A stretch of 64,000 bases of DNA. It comes from an uncultured Verrucomicrobiae bacterium. Lineage in GTDB: Bacteria; Verrucomicrobiota; Verrucomicrobiia; Limisphaerales; Palsa-1400. The notes under the pieces are model-generated. The model made no database searches. It had not been told where the DNA came from and saw only the letters and a list, made by a program, of their open reading frames with translations. The DNA lies in assembly GCA_963764165.1 (NCBI GenBank), contig CAVXRD010000002.1:2080001-2144000 (forward strand), in the 5' to 3' direction. Shown piece after piece: positions 51,301-59,932 of this stretch. The translations under genes were made by a program, and so were the position numbers. Each line of letters starts with the position of its first letter. Positions within the stretch are counted from its first letter, which is position 1.

Positions 51301-53009
51301 TTACGTCAAGCGACATCACCAGCCTAGCTGCCCTGCCGTCGAAAACGATGCGGTCGGACGTGACTTCGACGTCTATGATCGTGCCGTCCTTTTTGCGGTG
51401 TCGCCACGTCCCAAGGTCCTTGCCTTTCCCTGCTGATTGGAGCAAGTCCCGTTCTAAGGCGGGGACATCTTCTGCGGGCCGAATGCTCTTGATGGTGGTG
51501 GCCAAAAACTCTTGCTCCGAATAGCCGTAACCGATCACTGCCGCGTCGTTGACTGCCAGAAAACGGAGCGTCTCCAGATCATAAACCCACATAGGCTGGG
51601 GGTTGTTTTGAAAAAGGATTCGGGTACTGCGCCTCGGAGACGCGGAGCTGATCCACGGCGCGCTGCCGTTCCGTTTCCAATCGCATGTGCTGGGTCAGGT
51701 CGATGAATGCCACCACCGCGCCTGAGATCGCGCCCGAGTCACCTTGCATCGGCGAAGATACAAAGGCGACGGGGAAGCTGGTTCCATTCTTTCGAAAAAA
51801 AAGTTCCTCATTGCTGTAACGCACCTGGCCATCCGCGAGGGTGCGGGACATTGGACATTCCTCGTCGGGATAAATACTGCCGCTGGCTCTATGATGGTGA
51901 ATGGTTGAATGGGCGTGTAGGCCAATAAGCTCCTTTTCCAAGTAACCCAGCATCGTGCGCGCCGCGCGATTTTCAAATGTGATCCTGCCGTCCTGATCCA
52001 CGCCGAGAATCCCTTCGCCAATGGATGCGAGGATCAACTCCCGCTGGCGTTGAACCGCCGCCAGCGCGGCATCGGCATGCTTGCGTTCGGTGATGTCGTG
52101 CATCACCGCAACGGCGCCTAGCAGATTATGTTGGGCGTCAAAAAACGGGCGGCAATCCCCCAGAATGTGCCGCGGCGGCCATCCTTTTTTCACGATGGTC
52201 ATTTCTGCGGCGCGGACAGTTTCACCGCGATAGGCTCGGTTCAGCGGAATCAAATCCGGTGTCAAAGGCGTGACCCCGTCGGGACCATACAGACTGTAAT
52301 AGCCGGCCCATTTCTCAGCGGGTATGTCAGTCGGATCCAAGCCATGCCAGTTCCTGGCCACCTCGTTGAATAGCACGAGCTTCCCGCTGGCGTCGCAGGC
52401 CACCACTCCATCGGCGATGTTGTTCAAGACCGCCTGCGAAAACTCATGTTCCATCTGAAGCGCCGCCTCCGCTCGTTTCTGCTCTGTGATGTTAATGTGC
52501 ATCACCACTGCGCCCGTCTCCGGCTTTTCCGACAAGGCCGTGATCATCAGTCGAAACCAACGTTTTTCGCTGAGGGAATGGCACGGATACTCCAGCGCAA
52601 ACTCCTTCGCCTGGCGCCTTAAAATACGGCGCAACGCAGCGGCCACGGCTCTTGCTTCCTCTGCACCTTCGCCCTGCGCCTTTTCGCAGACTTCGGCATA
52701 GTTCTGGCCAACAAAGAAATCCGTACTGTTCAAAATGTTGGCACTGGCGAAGGTCTTCCAAGCCTCATTGACCGACAAAATGACGCCATCGGAATCCAAA
52801 ATTGCGATATGCGCGGGCAGCGCGTTCAGTATGTCCGATTGAATTTCCGCCGGCGCGCGATGCGCATGCTCGTTGTTGCTCGAAGCGAAAAGGGTGTTGG
52901 GCTTGCCGCGGTCCAATGCTTGCAGCTCCTGCTCCGCCGCACGGATGACGCGCCGCAGTTCGGCGATTCGTGCCTCTCGGGGGGCGTCAGGTGGCTGGCT
53001 GCTGCTCAT
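48383..53009 (-). pseudogene. Hybrid sensor kinase (5 PAS-2 GAF-PAS-HisKA-HATPase-REC), split by a +1 frameshift at ~51622
   Basis: ORFs 53009-51579 and 51592-48383 fuse (EAQYRILFQNNPQPMWVYD) if one C is removed; GGIAHDLNN, FFTTK..GKGTGLGL, REC TDMAMP. Confidence 0.85.
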
Positions 53010-53299
53010 TCTTCTTCGCGTCGCAAGATTCCCAAGGCGCTTAGAACAACGTCGAGGTCGCTCAGGTTTCCCAGAATCCGGACAACAGGCGCCGGCGCGC
53101 ACTTGATGAGGGTGGGAGTGACCAGAATGCGGTCCTTATTCGCGCGTCCGGGTTGGGCGAGCACATCGATGACCTCGATACTGTGTTTGGACGCCAAATA
53201 TTGCTGGCATAAATCGCGCAGGTTGCCAATGGCCTTGGCCGAATTTGGCGCGCCTTTTGCCACATACAGCTTGAAATCAAAAATTTCTAATTGACTCAT
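53006..53299 (-). CDS. kaiB: KaiB-family protein
   Basis: FKLYVA...PNS.KAI.NL..LC...L.....IEVID....P..A..D.IL.TPTLIK..P.P..RILGNLS. AGGAAAGGA RBS; ATGA overlap with the kinase gene. Confidence 0.92.
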   Translation of the reverse strand: MSQLEIFDFKLYVAKGAPNSAKAIGNLRDLCQQYLASKHSIEVIDVLAQPGRANKDRILVTPTLIKCAPAPVVRILGNLSDLDVVLSALGILRREEE

Positions 53300-53312
53300 T
53301 CCTTTCCTGTTT

Positions 53313-55139
53313 TTATATGCCTCCGGCATCGCCACCCCGCAAAGTCTGCACTTCGGATTGCCTTGCTTGGGCACTTTGCTCGCTTTCCTTTTCGATTCTC
53401 TGGACTTCGCGCCGCTCCCTTTGTTTTGCCTTTAGGGCGCTCTGCATCTTCTTTATTTCGGACGACAAGTGCGACTCTTCGGATTCCAAAATGGCGGCTC
53501 TGCGGGCGAATTCTTTATTCAGCTTCTTCTGCTCCGCTCTCATCTGGCCCTCCTTTTCCCACCGCAAGGTTCCCATCAGGACCGCGCCGCCGGCCGTATA
53601 AACATCCGCCAAAGTGATGCCCCGGTGGCTGAGGATCAGCTCCCTGACTTGATTGGAGTGGGAAGTGCCCCTTGACTTGATAATCGTGAGGGAGCGGTTT
53701 CGCTCTCCAGCGTGAACCAGATAGCTGAGGTGAATCCAAGTGTCCGCGATGGTCGAAATCTGTATTGCCGTTTCCTCGCGGTCTGGCTTGGCGTCCGCAA
53801 GCAGGCTGGTGAACACCATGGTTATCCCTTCGGATTTGCCCCAGTCGACCAACCGTTCAACGACGCTATGGGCCGTCAACTGGTTTCCCTGCTTGGCCAG
53901 CGCCGAGACCGGATCGATGACCAGGCAACGGGCCCCAAATTCCCGGACATGGCGCTTGATGGTAAGAAAGTGCGCCTCGGCGCTGCCTTCCCCTGAGCGG
54001 GCGGCCGTGACCCGTAACACGCCACTCTTCTCGTGCTTCCTCAAGGGCAGGCTGATTGAGGCAAGATTCCTCACCAATTCCTTGGGGTCCGAATCGAAAC
54101 TCACAAAAAGGGAACGCTCGCCCCTCTGGCAGGCGGCTGCCACAAAAGCTCCGCACAGGGTTGTCTTGGAGGTGCCGGGCGAACCGGTTACCAGCACGCT
54201 GGCACCCCGGAAATATCCTCCTCCAAGCATTGAATCCAAACGCTCCACGCCGGAAGAAACTCGCTCGGAGAAGACACGCGCCAGCGGCTTCAGCCTGCGT
54301 GATCCCGCAACTTCCAACCCTTCAGGCCCGATCATGAATGGAGACGCGTTCTCCGAAAAAGAGGAGCCGCGATACTTGATCACCTGAAGGCTTCGCTGTG
54401 AAACCCCCTGCGAAAGTTCATGATTTAGAGCAATGGCGCAATCCACCATGAACTGCATGAACCCCCAGGAACCTTGCCCGTCAGGATCCGCTTTTCCGCC
54501 GACGACTTTTGACGTGATCAACGCGGTCAATCCGTTCCTGAGCAGCCATTCGTGGAGGCGCAACGCTTCCCGCCGCTTGGCGGATTCGTCGCCCAACATG
54601 TCAAGCAAAACATCAAGCGAGTCAAACACAATCCTTTTGGCTCGCAAAGAGCGACATTTGGCGTCCAAATTGGCCAGAAGCCCCAAAAGATCGAATGCGC
54701 CGGAGTTTACCAGCTCCGTCGTAGGCTGCGCGTCCAGGAAAAAAAGACGCCGTTTTTGCAATTCGGGGATATTCCATCCAAATTTGGACGCATTTTCTAT
54801 GAGCCGCCGCGAATCCTCCTCGAACGCAACAAAAACCCCTGGTTCGCCGAATTGACGCGCCCCGTTCACCAAGGTTTGCAGCGCCAGCAGCGTCTTGCCG
54901 CACCCGGGCCCCCCGACTAACAACGAAACCCGCCCTCGGGGCAGCCCGCCGGACATAATATCATCAAGGCCTTCTATTCCAGTGGGAGTTTTGGCTTCAC
55001 GATTTGGGTCGATGTGGCTCACAAACAGAGAATGGGGCCATGGCCCAATCCGAGTCAATTGTTTCATTGCTTGGTTCGGTATCGGGAATTTTGGGCGCAT
55101 TCCTGTTGCGGACGGGCGTTGGGTGGGGTTTCGAATCAT
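53313..55139 (-). CDS. kaiC: KaiC-family double-domain ATPase with C-terminal coiled coil (true start probably ~55023-55067)
   Basis: TPTGIEGLD...GGLP.GR..L..GGPGCGKT, VAFEE, KYRGS, SSGVERLD.MLGGG, ISTIADTW, KSRG..HSNQVRE. Confidence 0.93.
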   Translation of the reverse strand: MIRNPTQRPSATGMRPKFPIPNQAMKQLTRIGPWPHSLFVSHIDPNREAKTPTGIEGLDDIMSGGLPRGRVSLLVGGPGCGKTLLALQTLVNGARQFGEPGVFVAFEEDSRRLIENASKFGWNIPELQKRRLFFLDAQPTTELVNSGAFDLLGLLANLDAKCRSLRAKRIVFDSLDVLLDMLGDESAKRREALRLHEWLLRNGLTALITSKVVGGKADPDGQGSWGFMQFMVDCAIALNHELSQGVSQRSLQVIKYRGSSFSENASPFMIGPEGLEVAGSRRLKPLARVFSERVSSGVERLDSMLGGGYFRGASVLVTGSPGTSKTTLCGAFVAAACQRGERSLFVSFDSDPKELVRNLASISLPLRKHEKSGVLRVTAARSGEGSAEAHFLTIKRHVREFGARCLVIDPVSALAKQGNQLTAHSVVERLVDWGKSEGITMVFTSLLADAKPDREETAIQISTIADTWIHLSYLVHAGERNRSLTIIKSRGTSHSNQVRELILSHRGITLADVYTAGGAVLMGTLRWEKEGQMRAEQKKLNKEFARRAAILESEESHLSSEIKKMQSALKAKQRERREVQRIEKESEQSAQARQSEVQTLRGGDAGGI

Positions 55140-55381
55140 TGGAGACGAACCGTGCGGGTTTGTCCTGCTGCTCTAATCAGGTTCGCCCCGGTTGATTTCC
55201 ACGGTCTAGCCCCTAAACTCCAAACAGGCAATGAAGGAAATAAAGAAGACAACAGGGACTGTGCTCCTTGCGGAGAGTGACGAGAAGGCGGTCATTCCGG
55301 CTCGCCTCGGGCTGCTTGACCTGTTTCCGCACTTGTCAATACAGCCTGTGAATTCGGGGCAAGAGTGTTTGGAATACCTAA

Positions 55382-55777
55382 AAGGCTCAGCCCACCGCTA
55401 ACTTCGAGGCCCTATCTCGCGAAGTCTCGGTCTTCAACACGCCATTGCCTGATGCTGACGGAGACGGCATTGACGACGTTTATGAGGCAAACCACGGAAT
55501 TCCGCCCGGCGGCGCCAACCAACCGTCCGGCTTCACGGATGATTTTCCCAACAATACCGGAAACCCGCTTACATGGCTCCAGTTGTATCGTCTGACCTTC
55601 GGGCAAAACAGGAATCTCTACGACACCGTCAGCCGCGAGGTCTCTGTTTTCAACTTTGGCCAGCCGACCGCCAATTACGAGGCCATTTCACGCGAAGTGT
55701 CCGTTTTCAACTTCGGCCAGCCCACTGCGACTTACGAAGCCATTTCCAGAGAAGTTTCCGTCTTCAACGAACCTTGA
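55382..55777 (+). pseudogene. 5'-truncated secreted-protein fragment with 19-aa repeats
   Basis: Four (Y/F)EAxSREVSVFN-type units and a DADGDGIDD Ca-binding-like motif; frame is open back to TAA 55379-55381 with no start or signal peptide. Confidence 0.65.
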
Positions 55778-55802
55778 ACTAGCAACGATTCCAAAAGACC
55801 AT

Positions 55803-56972
55803 ATGAAAAACATGATTCGATTCCTTGTCGTCGCCGCATTGTATTTTGCGGCGCATACTTCGTCAGTATTCGCGCAGCTCAACGTTCCAAGCGACGGCTC
55901 AGATGGCGCGCTCAACGTCACAACGAACACAGTGATAGATCTCAGCGAGGCAAGCTACGGGACGTGGAGTGATGACAACTCCGCAAACATCGGCAATGGA
56001 GTCTATGATCCGGAGAAGTGGGCAGTGGTTTTTAAATATTCTTCCGTTACCATCGCTCCAGGCGCGACGGTATCGTTTCTCAACCATCCGAGCCATGCTC
56101 CGGTAGTATGGTTGGTGCAAAGCAATGTAGTAGTTAATGGCGCCGTCAGTTTGGATGGGCAAGGAATTGTATACGCCTATCCAAACTATCTATTGCCAAA
56201 CGAGCCGGGCCCGGGGGGGTTCCGAGGCGGAGCTGCGTCCGCCACCGGTTATGGTGACGGATATGGACCTGGCGGTGGGCGTCATGCCGGAAGCTACGGA
56301 AGCACCTACGGGAACCCTGAAATTCTGCCGTTGTTAGGCGGATCAGGCGGCCCGGCATACAATTGCGGTAGCGCTTTTTCCGGACCGTCACCCGGGGGTG
56401 CAGTCTTAATCGCCGCGTCCGGGAGTATCACCGTGAATGGACAGATAACAGCCCTGGGTAATGGTTATGGGTTCCAGTTTTGCTATGATGGTAGTTCTGG
56501 AGACGGAGCCATCCGAATTATTGCCGATCAAGTTCTGGGAACTGGAGCGGTTAATGCAAACGGTGGACGAACCCGCGTGGAGGCAAATTCAATTTCATCC
56601 AACCTCGTAATTACACCCAACACGGTGACGGTTCCCCCAGGGGCGACTCCCGCGATTTGGCCGGCAACCAACGCGCCCACGATTACGGTAGTAAGCGTGA
56701 ACAACGTCACCGCGCCCGCAGATCCACTTGCCGCTGTGGCCACTTCGTCTGACGTCAATATCGCTGCGAACTACGCAGTAAACATCATCATCCAATCTCA
56801 GTATTTTCCCCCAGACGGCACCATTTCGGTGCGCATAGCCCCGAAATATGGCGGAGCCTCTACGGTCAACGCCGTTAACACAGGAGGGACATTTACTAAC
56901 GCCACCTGGTTAGCCTCCACCGTTCTGCCCCAAGGCTTTTGTGTCATCCAAGCCCACGCCACATCGCCATAA
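55803..56972 (+). CDS. Secreted Gly-rich hypothetical protein
   Basis: Signal peptide MKNMIRFLVVAALYFAAHTSSVFAQ, SDGSDGAL, GPGGFRGG, LLGGSGG. Confidence 0.75.
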   Translation: MKNMIRFLVVAALYFAAHTSSVFAQLNVPSDGSDGALNVTTNTVIDLSEASYGTWSDDNSANIGNGVYDPEKWAVVFKYSSVTIAPGATVSFLNHPSHAPVVWLVQSNVVVNGAVSLDGQGIVYAYPNYLLPNEPGPGGFRGGAASATGYGDGYGPGGGRHAGSYGSTYGNPEILPLLGGSGGPAYNCGSAFSGPSPGGAVLIAASGSITVNGQITALGNGYGFQFCYDGSSGDGAIRIIADQVLGTGAVNANGGRTRVEANSISSNLVITPNTVTVPPGATPAIWPATNAPTITVVSVNNVTAPADPLAAVATSSDVNIAANYAVNIIIQSQYFPPDGTISVRIAPKYGGASTVNAVNTGGTFTNATWLASTVLPQGFCVIQAHATSP

Positions 56973-57479
56973 CGTAGGCAAAGCCACATCCAAATCGCGG
57001 CTCTGTCATCAATTCGTTCCAATTTACGCTGCGAACGCAATTCCCCGCGCGAGAAATCCTAAATACGAATCCCCGGCGAGGCGGGACGGGTCAAGGTGGA
57101 GGCGACGGGAAAACAGGGCGCACAACCTTGACGCGGAACGCCGCGCCATACAATCGCCACACCGGATTTTCGCGCCCACGCCCCTGATTCGGGAGGCAGG
57201 AATCATCAGTGGAAATGACCGCATTCACGTTCCGCGTGTCTGACCTTGTCCCTTTTTTTCCGCGAATGCTGACCGGCCTTCTTGTGAAAGCGCTCCGAAG
57301 CTTGCTCGGATTCAGCACGTTCACGTTGCTGTTCCTGCCATTTTAACATGCGGCTGGCGGCCTCCTCGTGCGCGTAAAAGCGCACACGGGCATGCTCATT
57401 CAGTTTCTTCATGGCCGCCATTTCCCGCTCGTAATCATTTCCCTCGTAAAGAACGAAGGCGCGGCGCACGTCGGCTTCC

Positions 57480-57963
57480 CGAGTCGGCTGCGCAAATCCT
57501 TAATGTAAACCTCACTCAGGCCATCCGCCTTTTTGGCCGCCAACAATTGGGTCACGACTTCCGTGGACAGTTTGCGGGGAAGATTCGCCGGGTGGTGTTT
57601 TGCAAATAACCGGGCGGCGTCAAGAATCGACCCGCCCGCCAAAATCTTCGTCGCTTCGGCAAATTGAATCGCAGCGAGTTCAAGAGGAACGCCAGTCGGT
57701 TTCAGAGACTCAACGGCGCGCACATACGCCAGACGGTCATGGCTGTTCAAAGTGAGCGCGTCAAGTTCGCCAATCGAAAGTTTGCTCGCCGTGACCTCGG
57801 CTTCGGTGATTGCCAATTCCAAATCGGCAAAGGCTTTACGCTGGCGCTTTTCGCCAAGGTAATGAACCACGGTGAACGACTCGCAACCGTTGGTTGGGGT
57901 TTTTTAGATTTTGACCGTGGTGTGGCCCCGCTTTATTACCATGGGAAACTTTGGCTTCGACAT
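57480..57963 (-). pseudogene. Truncated tyrosine-integrase-like gene (N-terminal part) next to the tmRNA 3' end
   Basis: MSKPKFPMVIKRGHTTVKI*KTP...GEKRQRKAFADLE.A..EA...LL.AKKADGLS..YIKDLRSRL. TAA at codon 20 (57904-57906); no catalytic domain follows. Confidence 0.6.
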
Positions 57964-58012
57964 GGGAAATTGTCAGGAATTGCAGCAAAATACTGAAAAC
58001 ACGAGGAAAAAA

Positions 58013-58365
58013 TGGTGGAGGCGGCGGGAGTTGAACCCGCGTCCCTGCCAAACAAACCGGCCGCGACTACATGCTTAGTCAGAAGAGAGTCTTAGCATCT
58101 GGATGCCGTTCTGACGCGAATCCAACTGCCCAGCCTGCATGAAATTATTTCGGCGAACCGCGCGCAGACTCCGCGTTCCGCCTAACCTGCTGTCGCGTCC
58201 ATCTCCCGTAGCAGGTGTCCAGGAGCGGACGTCGCAGCGCATTAGGCCGCGAGGGCTAATTCTTCGTTAGCTATTAATTTTTGGTGCGATTTTTTACGAG
58301 GCCAACGTACCATCCTCGGCATGCCGCCTCCAGCGTATTTCTCAGGTCGAAACCAGTACGCCCCC
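58013..58365 (-). ncRNA. ssrA: tmRNA
   Basis: 5' GGGGGCGTACTGGTTTCGAC, 3' GACGCGGGTTCAACTCCCGCCGCCTCCACCA with G3-U pair, tag reading frame ANEELALAA*. Confidence 0.96.
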
Positions 58366-58475
58366 ATAAGTGGCATTCGCAGTATCGGTCCGAGGGAGCG
58401 CGATGTCAAGCCAGCCACCAATCCCGTCCCCGACCTAAAATAATGACTGAGACGCGAGGACCGAGGAGTGAACGG

Positions 58476-58788
58476 CTAGTGTAGTGTCTCTTAAATAACT
58501 GGAGATTCGTTGCGCCGCCTTTGGCCTGTGGCTAGGCAGCCCGCCTGGGGCGGGCAGCGCATCTCTGTTCTGACTCGACGAAGGAGCATCCCCTCATGGG
58601 GCTGTGACTGAGGAGCAACGACGCCACAGGCCAAAGGCGGCGCAAACCGCAGGGCGGCAGGTCTTTTTGACGCAGGCCGCGTTGCTCGCTCCTCACAGAT
58701 CCTTTGAGATATGCTCGTCGTTCGCGCCTTGCCTGCGTCAAAAATCCCTTGCCGCGAATCTCCAGCTATTTAAGAGACACTACACTAG
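58476..58788. mobile_element. MITE-like non-autonomous element (313 bp)
   Basis: 34-bp terminal IRs (1 mismatch) CTAGTGTAGTGTCTCTTAAATA(A/G)CTGGAGATTCG, with nested internal inverted repeats. Confidence 0.85.
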
Positions 58789-58789
58789 A

Positions 58790-58882
58790 AACATTACCTT
58801 TTGTTACCGGCGTGTTACCAATTTGTAGCGGCGTAACTGCCTTGCAATCAACGATGTAACCGATGTTACCGCTTTTTGGAGA
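58790..58882 (-). repeat. Iteron-like element copy B (degenerate)
   Basis: TCTCCAAAAA-GCGGTAACA-TCGGTTACA-TCGTTGATTGCAAGGCAGTTAC-GCCGCTACAAA-TTGGTAACACG-CCGGTAACAAA, co-linear with copy A. Confidence 0.75.
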
Positions 58883-59001
58883 CGATATCATTATTCGCAT
58901 TTGAGGATATTTGGGCGGAAATACAAGTCCGCCCTTCCAAATTACGGCAAGGCTGCGCTGCGGCGCCGACCTAATATTAGTGAGAGCCTCCGAGAATTTC
59001 A

Positions 59002-59022
59002 TAGTTGACTATTTGGTCTAAT
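59002..59022. promoter_or_regulatory. Putative TetR (NemR-like) operator overlapping a TTGACT -35
   Basis: TTGACTATTTGGTCTA, an imperfect palindrome resembling TAGACC-N4-GGTCTA. Confidence 0.6.
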
Positions 59023-59128
59023 TGGCTACGTTATAGGGCTGGCAACGGCGGAAAATCGTTGGCTGCGAAGGATATGAATTGGAAAAGCAGAGCAGGATTT
59101 TAATTTTCATGCGGATGCCAAAAGCGTT

Positions 59129-59761
59129 ATGGGCCGAGTAAGCGATGCAAAAGAGCGATTGATGCAAGCGGTGTTGGAACTGATCTGGACCGGTTCCTAC
59201 TGCAGCACCACGATTGACCAAATCTGCGAGAAGGCGGAGGTCAAGAAGGGCAGTTTTTACTATTTTTTTGATTCCAAGGCGGATTTGGCGGTGGCTGCGT
59301 TTGACGCCAATTGGGAGGTGAAACGCGCCGAGCTGGACAGTATTTTTTCCGCGTCCATTCCCCCGCTGGAACGACTGCAAAAGTATTGCGATTTCAATTA
59401 TCGAAATCAGAGCGCCTTGAAGGAGAAATACGGGCGGGTTTTGGGGTGCATTCACTTCGCCCTCGGGTGCGAAGTTTCGTCGCTGGAAGATCAGTTGCGC
59501 CAGAAGGTGGAGGACATGCTTGCACATAAGCGCAAGTATCTGGAATCCGCCATTCGAGACGCTCACGCCAGCGGCGTCATCAATGTACCCGATGCCGAAT
59601 GCAAAGCGAAAATCATTCAGGCATATTTCGAAGGTGTTCTGACCCAGGCGCGCATTCAGAATGACGTTTCCGTTCTTCGGGACGCGCCGCGCGGCATCTT
59701 TACCATCCTCGGCATCAAGCAGTTACCGGCCTTGGCCGCTCCGGCGAATTACGCTATTTAA
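59129..59761 (+). CDS. TetR/AcrR-family regulator, NemR-like
   Basis: HTH TTIDQICEKAEVKKGSFYYFFDSKADL, GC motif in the C-domain, six Cys. Confidence 0.88.
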   Translation: MGRVSDAKERLMQAVLELIWTGSYCSTTIDQICEKAEVKKGSFYYFFDSKADLAVAAFDANWEVKRAELDSIFSASIPPLERLQKYCDFNYRNQSALKEKYGRVLGCIHFALGCEVSSLEDQLRQKVEDMLAHKRKYLESAIRDAHASGVINVPDAECKAKIIQAYFEGVLTQARIQNDVSVLRDAPRGIFTILGIKQLPALAAPANYAI

Positions 59762-59800
59762 GTGGTCACTAACTATTTTTTGCGATTTTTTGAACATTTT

Positions 59801-59821
59801 ATTAGACTAAATAGTCAACTA
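59801..59821. promoter_or_regulatory. Second putative TetR operator, upstream of the sigma factor gene
   Basis: ATTAGACTAAATAGTCAACTA is an inverted copy of 59002-59022 with 1 mismatch. Confidence 0.6.
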
Positions 59822-59932
59822 GTATGGTGACGAAGCGATTTCGATCCAAACGCAGAGAGGGTTCTGAGGGCCAAACGACTAGGAACGCGCGCGGCGCGGG
59901 TGTATCGAAGGTTCGCCACTAAGAAAGACTTT

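Noticed and set aside
55617..55770. CRISPR-like or DGR-like repeats
   Set aside because: The 57-nt units are in frame with synonymous variation, so this is a protein repeat. There is no reverse transcriptase and no adenine-specific variation.
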